A stretch of 64,000 bases of DNA from Lytechinus pictus (GCF_037042905.1 NC_087246.1:55738001-55802000), one strand, 5' to 3'. Counted from the first letter of the stretch, positions 37,181 through 49,920 are shown. The notes: generated from the letters alone by a model not told the origin. Numbers and translations are program-made.

Positions 37181-40100
37181 ATAAATGATAGCTCAAGAAG
37201 AGAGTAAATAATTGTAGGATTCTTATATGGCAGGATATACAGCATTTCCACATGTTACTTTTCTACTAATAATGGTCAATTCTGACCATTTACAAACAAT
37301 CCTCTCTTATACTCCAGTCACATTGATGGAACCGACTCTAAACTGACCGATGTTATGTCATTGAAAATAGTGTAAAACCTTCGGTCGGACAGGAGTCGGT
37401 TTTGCGGGTGTGACCGTAGCGTTCCAAAAATCTGGATTCAACACCAATCACCGACATCAAATTGACCTTGCATTCAATATAATGATTGGTTGAATATTTC
37501 TCTCTATTTGGGGGGAGTTGGTGATGGCGAGACGGGAGTCTCAGGGGACCTGTTATGGTCCACTGTAATCCACTTTAAACTGACTGGTCATGTGATTTTT
37601 AGTTTGACGAGAAAGAAACCCTGAGATGAGGTTTCCATTTGATTGATCTCAAAAGAAAGATTATCGCTCCATGTTGAACATAAGGACTCAATACACTATA
37701 GATGGGACTAAACAGATAACATACAAAACCTCTCAAGTGGATTTCCATTTCAACACGAATGAAAGAGATGGAAGGGGCCCTACCCATTCTCTTTTCTTTC
37801 CACATTTATCTTTCCTTTTTCATATTTTTAAAATCTCTCCTGAGACTCTTAATTCAGGATGGGATCTTTTTTGACAAAACAGTATTTTGTTCTCTCTGGT
37901 ATTTAAGCGGATGTTTGGGGGATTGGTGGCCGAAAAACAAGTTCCTAATCTCTCTGTCTCCAAAAGCATCTAATGCTGTCTACCATTTTCTCTCATTGTA
38001 AAATAAAAGGGAAGGACAATTATTTCTGCTGCCAGAGATAAAGAGAATTACATCAATAAGGGTTCTTTTTAATCTGTAATAATTCTTGTAAACAACTTCA
38101 AATCAACTAAAAATGTTGAATGCTCTTGGAAAATTCTTACTTCTATCGTGATATCTAGTTCATAGTTTGTAAAAAAAAAAATTCTTACATTTCTAGACAT
38201 CAATTTTTTTTGTATATTCAAAAGCACTACAGTGTTCTTTGAAATTTCAGGTTAAGTCGAGATTGGTGAGAAGAGCTCTAATAGATAAATAAAGAGTACT
38301 TATCAAAACAAAATATAAAAAAAATTATTAAAAAATAACAGGACACACAAAAATATTGAAGACCAAATGAATATCAAAATGCATATTGATTCATTTCTTG
38401 CTTATTGCATATTCATGCCATTTTATTTCAACATTTATTCAACCTTATCTAAAACAGACAAGTAGGCCAGATGCAATCTGGTATTAGGACTATGATTACC
38501 ATGAAAAAGAATGAATTCAGGGAATCTTTCCTGCACGCACGGGATGAGGCAATCATATATATGATGTTAATAAATCCTTGATGACAAAGACCATCAAACC
38601 AAGAGTGTATCTCCACAGGTTTGATGACCTGGTGACACAATGGTTCAAACGTGGCCAACATTAAACCTAGGAACAAAAGATGCCACCGAACTACCCCCAA
38701 TCAATAGTCAAAGAAGCACAATCTGATCAATCACACGCAATACATGTTCAACTTGTCACTTCAGATTCAAAGGACGAACACAGGTGTCTATTGTGACAGT
38801 GAATGGGTCCCTCGTTCTATCCCGCGAGCATCTCCCTATTCTCATCTTTATGCCTCCTCATTCGGGGGGGGTTACCAGTGATAAATGAACGTCAGGCTTC
38901 ATACAAATGAGGAATTTGGGGTGAAAAATGTTGGACAGATGTAAATCTAAATCTAGCTTAGGGGACATGAAGCAAGCTTCAATGGTGGAGCTGTGAACCG
39001 GGATAACCGGTCGGCTTCAAGCCAGGCAGACACTCTAATCTTTTCATTCCAATCTGGTACAACAAATTATATCCTAAAAAGACGACTGCCGTACTCGTAC
39101 CCTCTCCCTCTGCATCACATTCCAAACAAAAATAGTTGAGGGCATGCTGCAAGAACCTGTGTTCTGTCACAGTACGAAACTGGGGGTGCTTTCTTCAGGA
39201 AAGACTCTTGACTTGACAAAAGACAAACTTTTTGACAGAAGAGCATTCAATTTCAGAGGGGGCAATAAAAAAATCCACAAAATTAATGCACAACAAACGG
39301 TACAATGGAAATAGCTACTGTTAATCTCTGAATAAAGAATGAGAGAATGGGGAGATAGGAGTATAAAGTTATAATCGATTGCAGGAGGCCCGCTTCTTTC
39401 TTTAATATTTATTTTTATTCCTGCTAGATTGTCTCCAAGGATATAAAGTTTGCTAGCTTGTATAATGGGCAATTGATCACTTGGGGGTAATTTATGAGCC
39501 TTTCGAGTGGCATTAGGGGTGATGACTTGTAGAGTTATAAAGAATCAAATAGAAACATGCCTCAAATAAATGCCATCCAGCAATACATACCACCCAACTG
39601 GTAAATTGATGAGCTAGGATGTTAGCATTTTCCCCCAAATATAAGCTTGTCTTATTTATGAGCTCATCATAACATATTCAAATACGGCTCCACTCCACTC
39701 GTCATCAAATGTTATTTCAATGAAAACATCCAGAAAAGGCATGGGGGCGGCATGATTATGATTATTTTCTCACAAAAAAGTTAAAACCCCATGAATACAA
39801 AGTAGACCAATTGGCATGCTGGTCCTAAAGACTCACAAAAGTTTATATTGCCCAAATTGTGCAGAAATAATATGTTCATGAGGATCAAGACAGCGGCACA
39901 TGAAAGGTTACGACAAGCCAACATTCCATGAAAATTAACTTCTTATCCATAATCGAGTTATAACCATTCAACCTAGAGATCAGCAGAAGTCACATTCTAT
40001 AACAAAGCAATCAAACATTTTCACAGAATTACAAAGATCAAAATTAGCCATTACACACTCAGCTGTAATCTCAATTCTGAACAGATTTATGGGACATTTA

Positions 40101-40597
40101 TCAGACTTTACTGTCTATTCTTCAAGAATTATTACATTGTGGGCCACATTCACAAAACCTTTTAAAAAAGGAGAAAGTCAACCACTTAATTTATCTGTTT
40201 GTTCAAGAATTAAGATTTGAAAATGTGGACAACCTCACACAGACAAAATGGAAAAAAGTATCATTCCTACTCCTTATTCATCTTCAAATACATGTACACA
40301 GTATTATGATGATGTATGTGGTTGAATGGAAATCATAACAATTTTCTCATCATTCTGATAATTTTCCTGATTAATCGGTAATATCTCTATATCCTATTTT
40401 TTAAAATGACAAACTTATTGTTCAAAACATTATACACATTACAATGGCAGCACTATACCAGTAACTTGCAAAAGAGAGAGCAAACAATCAAGATTGTTAT
40501 GTACCATTGAAATCTTCATCAAATGAAACCTTGTATTATATATAAAAGAAATAGTGTATTGCCGGAACAAATAGAAGGAAAAAAATGGTATACTTAC

Positions 40598-40666
40598 TGA
40601 TCCAACTAAGTTATGTTCTTCTTCATCATGATGATGAGCTGGAGATACACCATTTTGAACAAGTTT
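40598..40666 (-). CDS. sowah: Sowah-like gene, internal exon E (23 aa: KLVQNGVSPAHHHDEEEHNLVGS)
   Basis: tttttattcatag|AAA acceptor, TCA|gtaagt donor, 69 nt, phase 0/0. Confidence 0.75.
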
Positions 40667-40937
40667 CTATGAATAAAAACCAGAGATATAAATCAAACAA
40701 CATCATTTATCTATATCATTCCAATCAAAGCAATATCGGCTAATTACAAAGGTCTTTGATCTTATTCCAAGAGCAGTCAAATTTCTTTCATGGTCATACG
40801 TATTACATCGGAATGCTATTAGTAAAACCACCATAAAATGATAGTTATCAGTGGCAGCATTCATGGTTTCATCAAGGAGCAAGTGGTTCCATGCATTATA
40901 TAAAGATTAAAGTACGAGAGCATTGTGTCTCACTTAC

Positions 40938-41081
40938 TTCAAATACTTCGTCATCATCTTCATAATAATCGTACTCAATATGGTTAATATTTTCGGCGTC
41001 CTTTATTCCGTCAGAGAAATTCACAGAAAAATTGCAATCTAGCACATCATGATTGTTTCTTTCAGGCAAAAGGCACGCCAT
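40938..41081 (-). CDS. Candidate alternative first coding exon (MACLLPERNN...YYEDDDEVFE, 48 aa)
   Basis: ATG in actATGG context at 41081, open frame to a consensus GAA|gtaagtga donor in phase 0, 271 nt upstream of the exon E acceptor. Confidence 0.45.
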
Positions 41082-42660
41082 AGTTAAAGAACAATCCTCG
41101 GATGTTTCTAGTGTAACAGTGAAACTGTACAAATACAAATTTTATGTGCATACACACAACCACTATCAAATACATACAGAGTGATTAATCTTCGCAACAA
41201 TACACTGAGACAAAAATATCATAATGGGGCCATCAATCGATTGTATTATCTTACAAAAGTGATGAAACTGAATGATTCAATTTTCATGAATAGTAATTTC
41301 ACCAGGAAAACTCATACATGTCACATAAATGAAACCAAAACCAATTGATAATCAATATAGACTTACTTGTAGATAAAGCACTATTAATTATTAAACTAGA
41401 TTAATGTGAAAATATAAACAAGTTTAAAGTCATGTAATTATCTATTTGAAATTCACTTCCTTTTCCTCTCCAATAATTCTGAATAACACATTTGTTAGTA
41501 CTGTTAAAAGATGAAAAATTCTTTACTAAAATGCACATCAGATTTTTAATATATTAATTGTTTTCCCTCCCATTAAGTAAAACAAAACGATCAATCTTTA
41601 ATTTACATATAACAATGTCAAATAATATTAAAATATGGTACTAATTAATTGATTAATTTTTAGTATACCTGTTACATATTAGTATAATTCATACATTTGT
41701 ATATATAAAACAATTTGGATCTAATTAAGTAAATGAAACTATCTACAAAAGTTCTAAATATAAAAAAAGGTAAATGTTCTATGTATATGCTGCTCAGTAC
41801 AAAAGGTTTACAAGTTACTTATCAAAAGTGTGCATGATGTAGTTATTATTAATAATTGAAATTTATATCACTAAATATGCATATATAAGAGTTTTCCTTT
41901 AAGAATACATAAAAAGACAGTTTGCTGGAATAAAGAACCTATATTGATTTAAAAAACAATTATATGAGTATGGTGCATAATTTAGAAGAGTCGATGAAAT
42001 TTGATATTTTGTTAAATCCAAATTTTGACTCTCATTCCCTCCTCTACTCTACCACTCCATCCCCGCCACCTTTCTCGATTTCTATATCTTTATTTTCTGC
42101 CCCCCCCCCCTCCCCTCATTTGCAATTCACCTATTTTCTTCTCCTCAGATCTCACTATAATCTAGATCAGTCCATAAATTTGTGATTACAATTACTTCAA
42201 ATGTGGAGAGCAGGCAGTAGTATTTCTATCTTCACACCAAAGACCAGATCGGAGCCTTCTCCAACACGGTCTTGTGTCGAATGAGTGTCAAGGATTAAAT
42301 TCTCAAGATTTGTTTTTCATTGACAACACTCCCCGAGTGTTGTCACATAATCTGGATAAGCGTTGGAATACCACTCTGCTTCTATCACTCTGAATTCACA
42401 CTATGATTTGAAATCTTAACAAAAGGTTCTGACCCAAATCATTGCCCTTGGCCTTTCCATGATTTTTTAACAAGTTTTAAAACCTTGATATTCGTATTTC
42501 TGACAGTTATAGAAATCTAATCCTTTTCTCTTAGCTCTTTGTACTTGTAGGTGAAGATTTCAAGAGACGAGTTATCACTATGGTGAGTCATATTTAAATA
42601 ATTACCCCCCTTTCTCTCATTTTCCCCTATCTCTCGCTCTCTATGTCTCTTACATACTGT

Positions 42661-43136
42661 ATATGCTTTTCACACTGCATTTCCTTAACCCCATACTATC
42701 CTTTACCCCGGACTATCCTTAACCCCATACTATATTTTTGGGGTTTCACACTGTCTTTCTTAACCCCATACTATTTGCTGAGCTGGGGTTAATGCCTTAA
42801 CCCCGGACTATCATACAGCTCATGAATATTGATGATTTTGCCACACAGAGCGTGATTAACGTGCAATTTCAACTTCTGTGATTGGCGAATGCTTTGCCCC
42901 ACTTTTCCTTAGCCCGGTTTCGTTTCACACAGTTATCTCTTAGCACCGCATAAGCCGGCTAACCCTGCTCTTTTGCAGGGCCAGATAGTACCGTATTATT
43001 TACTGTGCGAGCCCACTTTGCTAAAACGTAGTGTGAAACCGAAGTGGGCTAAGCTTAACCCAGAAAATTGGTGGGCTTAGTCCACCCCACCAATTTCCCG
43101 GGGTTAAGGAAAATATGCGCAGTGTGAAAAGCATAT
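42661..43136. mobile_element. MITE with 18-bp perfect TIRs and internal 17-bp subrepeats
   Basis: atatgcttttcacactgc ... gcagtgtgaaaagcatat; (c)cttaacccc(at/gg)actat occurs about 5 times; inverted ggggttaagg near the right end. Confidence 0.88.
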
Positions 43137-43648
43137 TTGTCTCCCTCTCTCCCTCCCTCTCTTTTTTTTTCTTCCATTTTCAGCTTCTCTACTTCCCTGG
43201 CTCCCTCTATATATCCCCTTTTGCTATCATCAAAACATGTGTATGCACAATGCTTACATATGTACAGTACATCTGAAAATTAAATATTACTTAGAGTATA
43301 CAATAAACTTCTGCAAAACAGAATCATAATTTTGAAATTAGTGAAGTACTGTGAAAAGACAAGCCATCAAAATTCAAAATCATGCACTGTCACACTTAAT
43401 GAAGCTACAGGCCTACACTTACCAAATCTGATTTCGGAATTCGAATATGATTAGAACACTCTTTAACTGGCATGTAATTGAAATGCACCATTCCAAATTC
43501 GTCAAAAGAACATAGTTTCAAAATTGATTTATATAAAATAAAGAATTTATATCATGCAATAGAAAACAATGCATTCATCAAATCATAATTGCTAGTATTC
43601 GCAAGACAGGGATACATGGCTGGCTTAAATTTGAATGCAGCCCCTCAC

Positions 43649-43777
43649 CTTTGATAACTTGGGTGTGCGTTTGCCCCCAAGCTTTGGGGTTAGTTGAGCT
43701 GCTGAGGCCGCTTCTTTTTCTGCTTCTCTCTCAAAGAGCTTTCTTGCCCTTTGAACGCTAGGAGAACCATCTGGTTT
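43649..43777 (-). CDS. sowah: Sowah-like gene, internal exon D (43 aa: KPDGSPSVQRARKLFEREAEKEAASAAQLTPKLGGKRTPKLSK)
   Basis: ttgctatag|AAA acceptor, AAG|gtgagg donor, 129 nt, phase 0/0. Too short for the ORF track; translated by hand. Confidence 0.8.
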
Positions 43778-45771
43778 CTATAGCAACCAAGTACACCAGC
43801 AGACAGGCAAGTGCAAGAAAACAATGAAAGAGCAACACAGCAATAAAGGAAAAAAAAGCAGGGTGCAGGTTAAAGTAAGAAATTTCAAGCAAAGTTTGGT
43901 CATCATTTAGGATAAAGGGAAAACACAAATGAGAAAGAGTCAAGAAAAGGAACATTATTTGGACAAAACAATACACACAATATCATGGTGCAATTAAACA
44001 TTGGCCACATCAAAATCATGCAGGAGAACCACCCCCCCCCCCTCTCTTTTTTTTTTACTATCAACTAAAATCATTTAGACTATGCTTTCTATTTCTAAAA
44101 GGACAAGCTGAATTGCTGAAAGATTATAAAGTTCAGTTTAGATTTAAATTTGTTTATCTCAATCTACAGAAAGGCAACATGAAACATGTATGTAAACATG
44201 AGAGAAGGTTACAGTACTAAAGGATTACATAATTCATGACTGGATTGAAGAAAAACATGACATATATAGGATGTCTAAATGCATTTAGAATAATAAGATC
44301 CAATACATCAGTTCATTATTCATATATCACCAAAACTAATCTCTGTGTTCATTTCATATTTCATGTTACATGAGTATAGTTACAACTTAAATATTATTGA
44401 TAAATATAATAGGATAGGATAATGTTGAAATATGTACTTTTTAAAAAAGGAACTGTCTCTGAATCAAAATAAACCAAGAAAGATTGGTGAAGATAGGTTG
44501 TTCTAATTTATTTTTATTGGATGTAGGTTAAAAGTAATATGCAACAAAATAAATAACATTGTGCCAATAAATATAAAACATTGTTTTTATAAAACTCATG
44601 CATTGCATATTAAAGCCCTTTGTTATATTCAATACTTTCAACAAAAAATCTTTTCTAAAGTAAGTATGAAGCAGATATAAAAATGTAAGCCCGAGTATGA
44701 TCGATACAGATCTCACTCATGCATGCAGATTTTGAGTTCTCTCAAAAACATACAATAAAGGATATAGAAACCAAAGCAATTTGATTTTCGAAAAAGAAAA
44801 TCAAGATATTGAGCTTTATATGTCATGCATTTTGCATCTTCAATCAAAGGTATGAATCTAATAAGGAGATATTGTTAACTTTAACCTTACATGCTCGCTG
44901 AGTAAGTCCCATTTTTTATAAGAAGAAAGTGTAATAATAGCAATCAAAGAGTAATAAGCAAATTCATCAACACAGTATCTAAGCCAAGTTTACTGTAGGT
45001 ATTAGTGAATTTGTATACACATTATATAAAAGATAATTTTTGGTGATATCTAGAATAGGAATAGAATATCCAAACTGGATTCAAATTAAACCAACGTTAA
45101 TGCACCAATCACATGGTTTTAATACAAGTTTCTATGCTGGTCTTTGATTCTTTCTGATTGAAACAATTCATCATCCGCTTTGATGGGATATTGTTATTCA
45201 TGAAGCTTGTATTAAAGACTAGAAAAGATTAGGGTTGTGGGCAAATACAAATTCAAATCATTTGAAAATTTGCAAAGGGGATGATAAAAAAAATGTGGTG
45301 TGGTAGGTTAACAACGCATCATCCTCTGAAATGACTGTGATTCGGTATCATATCATCTGAATACAATCAACCCATCCGTCAGTCAAGAAAAGATGATAAT
45401 CTTTGGCACTTTTGGGTACAAAAAAAACTGAAGAAATTGAGTTGCATATGTTGAACTAGGAATAACTGCATTCACTCTTGTTAAGAGGTACTTTCAGAAA
45501 CCTACAAGATTTACTTTCATCTGTTTTCATATTTGAAAGGACAAACTGTGGACTGTTTAATATGCCATTTCTCCTGAAAAGAGAATGGCATCCCTCCCTT
45601 AACTAAACTAGATACCACCACCATCCACTACACAGCATATTTTCGCGTGAACTATTATGGAGTTAGTTGGCAATATGAGAAGTATGTGCAAGAGATTGTG
45701 ATAGCTTTCTTTTTATTCTTAGCAAGGAAGCGGCGGATGATTTTGAAAGGACTGTCTGAGGGGATCCTAAC

Positions 45772-45912
45772 CTGCATTTCTGAGACTGCTTGTGACACAG
45801 GTGGAGCAAGAGGCATGGAAGAAGGAGGGGGCGTCGGCTCCTTGGAAGGTTCTGTCTTCTCAGTAATCTCCATGGCCACAGGAGTCTCTTCTTTCTTATC
45901 TTCATCAGTAAC
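45772..45912 (-). CDS. sowah: Sowah-like gene, internal exon C (47 aa: VTDEDKKEETPVAMEITEK...QAVSEMQ)
   Basis: atccttgatag|GTT acceptor, CAG|gttagg donor, 141 nt, phase 0/0. Confidence 0.8.
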
Positions 45913-46351
45913 CTATCAAGGATAGAATGTAAAGATTTGATTTAAGGGCTGTCAAATAACAATTTATTAACCTTCAAAGTTGGATTATTTCTACTTAGAT
46001 TGCTGGCCAAAGGTTATCTGCAGATATATTGTATGGACTGTATAATAGCATGCACCGCATGGTCACCTTCGTACTGTATGTAGATAAATGAAAGAAGTAG
46101 TTTACTGGTTGTACCTAACCTTAAAGATCATATGAACCGATTGAAATTATAAAGAGAACAGAAAAGATGGACAGATAATTCCTCAACAGTAATGCTACTG
46201 ATTTAAATTGCAACATTTAACCTCTCCCCACCAACTTCATGGGGTTCTTTTTTTACAGAATTAAAAAAAAAAGTTGGTCCTTCCAGCAAAATACTGTAAA
46301 ATTTGATTCTAGGAGCATGAAGTCAATACTAGAAAGCATTCTGAACGGAAT

Positions 46352-46455
46352 GGGGATCATTTCAAGAAGTGTCTTGTCGATAATCTCTCTCTCAACCAAT
46401 CAGATCAAAGATTACAGCTTATAACAGTTGTCACTGAAAATCACTGGTAAATTAT
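46352..46455 (+). repeat. Remnant of a CCAAT-type MITE family (related to 60697-60820)
   Basis: Shares ccaatcagat...agcttataacag...tgaaaatca with 60750-60805. Confidence 0.5.
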
Positions 46456-47066
46456 AGTGAGCAATTGTATTACCGTACACACGCATCATACGCGGCAGAA
46501 ATAATTTCATACGCTCAAAACTTTGCAAAGTCCATTCAAAGGGAACTTGAATGGAAAGATGATGAAAAATTGTCAAAAACACATTTTCACAGTCCTTATA
46601 TTCTGAAAATAATAATTTTGCTGTTTTCTCAACTTTTCTCACAGGAAACACACTTTTGGTAAAAAAAACGATACCATTTTCAAGAGGCCAAAATATTTCA
46701 CATGCAAAGAGGAGTGAGATCGGGGGCTGATTTCTTAAAAAGAAAAATTATTTCAGCAACATTTTTGCATCTTTATATTCTGTAAGTATTTGTCTATGTA
46801 TGGATGAAGTTTGATGAATTTTATGATATTGTGTTTGATATGACTGAATTTATGAAAAGTGTTTGGTAATACGATCCACTACCATACTTCATGAAACTCT
46901 CTCCTGGAACCCACTGCACATGATACATTATCAATCAAAGTATTAATGACTGTTTTTTTTATAATTCAATTTGCCTCTGATTGAGAAGCTATATGAATAA
47001 ATAATATTATCATATGTTTACTTCAATTGCAGAGCTTTATGAAATATTCTCCTGAACATAACAGAC

Positions 47067-47300
47067 CTGTATTTCTACCGGAGGTGGATGTCGAGCCTCA
47101 GGCTTGGGAAGATCATCATCAGGAGCAGAAGAGGCGGAGGCAGTGGCAGTGGTGGTGGATGAGGATGGGGAAGGGGAGACAGCAGACTGTCTAGGAGGAC
47201 TAGCTGCTTGTAACCGGGACTCCTGCTCAAATTTATCCAGAGCATCCTTCACTCCTTCAATCTGACTCAGTTCTTCTATCACCTTCTCTCCAACTTTAGT
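47067..47300 (-). CDS. sowah: Sowah-like gene, internal exon B (78 aa: TKVGEKVIEELSQIEGVKDALDKFEQE...PPPVEIQ)
   Basis: atcctttcag|ACT acceptor, CAG|gtctgt donor, 234 nt, phase 0/0, in frame with flanking exons, GC-richer than the surrounding intron. Confidence 0.85.
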
Positions 47301-47557
47301 CTGAAAGGATAAAATAGAAAGAAATGAGTGATATATTAACAGAGGGAGAATCCATGATACAAGGAATGACTATCATGAAGACTGTCACCATGTTTTTAAC
47401 TCATTTCTTACTGGGGCACAGTTATCCATGTATACTATATAGTGATGAATTAGTCGAAGGAAAAAAGACATGAAATAAATTCATCATTGTAATTGGTTGC
47501 AATAAATATACCCCTACTTATACTTAAGCCTTAAATAAAATCAAACCAGACATGAAC

Positions 47558-48288
47558 TTAAAGGGGTACTCCAGGCTGAAAATAATATAATTTGAACAGA
47601 TAAAGCAAATCAGACAAAAAAACACTGAAAATTTCATTAAAACCAGACAATAACAAAATTATGACATTTCAAAGTTTTGCATTATTTCGGTGAAACAGTT
47701 CTCTGCATGTCTTCATGAATATGTACATGTAATAAGCAAGGTGATGATGTCACACCCCCAATTATTCTTTTGTATAAAATTACATTCATTCAACTTTTGT
47801 CCTCCAAAAATGGTACAAATTTAATTGACTACTGATCAGGGGTGTGAGTGGTCACAAATAAAAAGATCTGAAAAAAGCTGAAGAGTGTTGAAAAAGTCTG
47901 AAATAGAAAGAGCTCCCATATTTTTGTACAGAGGAAGGCCAAAAATAAGCTGAAATTAAGCTGAAAATCAAAACAATGAAATCTGAAATCAGATAAAAAT
48001 CTGAACTCTTACACCCCTGTACTGATGTAAGATGTGAGGTGGTGTAAGATAATCATTACTGTACATTATTTTGTTACAAGGGAGACTAACATGCATACAT
48101 GAATATATGAAATTATTATGATTTCATTTAATAACATGAGAAAAGGGAAAGTTTTCACAAAATATTGCTAAACTTTAAAATAACTTCCTAATTTGTTATC
48201 AGATTTTGATGAAATTTTAAGTGTTTTACTTGGTGAAATTTTGTCAGGTTTAATTATTTTCAGCCCAAAGTACTTGTACCTCTTTTAA
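47558..48288. mobile_element. Older TTAA-flanked MITE (Kolobok/T2-like) hosting a nested element
   Basis: ttaa|aggggtactccaggctgaaaataat ... attattttcagcccaaagtac...ttttaa; shares cactgaaaatttcat and ttatgacattt with the 20576/48399 family. Confidence 0.7.
47837..48019. mobile_element. Nested CAGGG...CCCTG element with 7-bp TSD (tactgat)
   Basis: caggggtgtgag / cttacacccctg TIRs; tactgat at 47830-47836 and 48020-48026; internal (a/g/t)ctgaaa subrepeats. Confidence 0.88.
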
Positions 48289-48398
48289 TACTCTTTACGT
48301 AACATTGATTGACTTAAATTCATTCTCATTTTTCTTTGTATCTTTCAAACAAAAATGGAGACCTCCATATGTTCACAAAATACTTTAAAACCATATCC

Positions 48399-49376
48399 TT
48401 AAAGGTCAAGTTCACCCCAGGGAAATGCTGACTTGAATAAATAGAGAAAAATCAAACTAGCATAGTGCTGAAAATTTCATCAAAATCGGATGTAAAATAA
48501 TACCCCTTTCATAAACCCATCCCCCAATTATCCGCCTAAGAGTAATGTGGATAATTCAATAAAAATTGCATTCACAAACTCCGTAAATAATCCGCACTAT
48601 TTTTTATGAGCGCCCGACCTGAAAAAGGTGGATAATTGTCATGGCAACTGCACACACCCCCTCCGATAGGGTTGTGTTGGAAAAGGGTGACCTTGTGACC
48701 GCACCATGGCAATTATCCGCATTACTTTGGAAATGCATTCATTAAGTCAAAATCTGGTCCCGATGCCGCTATTATGCTGATAATTGCACCATCGAGATAA
48801 TGCAGATAACTCTGGTCCCGCTCCGATTTTACGACCAAATTATGCGGATATTATCCGCATAATTGGGTTTATGAAAGGGGTATAAGAAAGTTATGACATT
48901 TTAAAGTTTCGCTTATTTTCACAAAACAGTGATATGCACAACTAGGTGAGTCAGTCGATGTCCATACTCACTATTTCTTTTGTTTTTTATTGTTTGAATT
49001 ATACAATATTTAATTTTTTATAGATTTGACAATAAGGACCAACTTGACTAAACCATATAGTATTAAACAGTGCTCATTCCACATGTTCAGGGAGGAATTA
49101 ATCATTGTATCACTTGACAATGGGGAGAAAATTAGAATATTTCATATAATAAAATACAAAAGAAATAGTGAGTGGATGACGTCATAGTCTCCTCATTTGC
49201 ATACCAGCCAGGATGTGCATATATGTATAACTGTTTTGTGAAATTAAGTGAAACTTTAAAATGTCATAACTTTCTTATTTTACATCCGATTTTGATGAAA
49301 TTTTCAGTGTTATGCTTGTTGGATTTTTCTCTTTTTATTCAAATCAACTTTTTGTTGGGGTAGACTTGTCCTTTAA
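48399..49376 (-). mobile_element. TTAA-flanked MITE copy 2 (inverted relative to 20576-21175), interrupted by a nested MITE
   Basis: ttaa|aggtcaagttcaccccagggaaatg ... caactttttgttggggtagacttgtcct|ttaa; collinear with the reverse complement of copy 1 once 48501-48885 is removed. Confidence 0.93.
48501..48882. mobile_element. Nested PIF/Harbinger-type MITE, 19-bp perfect TIRs, TAA TSD
   Basis: tacccctttcataaaccca / tgggtttatgaaaggggta; taa at 48498-48500 and 48883-48885; the empty site gtaaaataagaaag is present in copy 1; attatccgc subrepeats. Confidence 0.95.
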
Positions 49377-49920
49377 ACCAAGGATGTATTGCACATCCGA
49401 ATGATAGGATTACACCAATGATCATCAGTCTTCTAGGTTTTATGATTCCGCAAAACTTGTTCTAAATAACAAGTTACAATCTGTGTGACTGTTACAAGCT
49501 ATTTTGTGCATTTGATTGGCAGAAAGCCAATCCATAGACAAGTGCAAAACTTCTTCAACAATGAGCAACCCAGTTCTGTTCTTTTGTTTTTATTCATCTA
49601 TCAAAGAACAAAACAAAAAATCTAATTCCTTTAGAACTCTTCTTTTAGTCTCCTTTGTGTTTAAGGACAAAAGCTCAGTGTAAAACAAAATCAAATATAT
49701 AATTTTGTGTCTAACAATGACACATAGAATTTTAGCAACAACAGTGAAATAAAAAAATACATGGATATATAAGCACAATGTTTAAAAAAATTAAAACGTA
49801 GTATTTTCATAAATGAATGATAAAAAAGCACAAATATAAATCCGAAGATACAAAATTTATTTTTTTCTCATTTGGAGATTAATCAATTTGATCTCACTGA
49901 TAAAGTATCTTATTTGTTAC

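Noticed and set aside
42676-42815. CRISPR-like or telomeric repeats (also 48520-48865 and 62590-62785)
   Set aside because: Irregular short subrepeats inside TIR elements with no unique fixed-length spacers, in a eukaryotic context; probably transposase-binding arrays.
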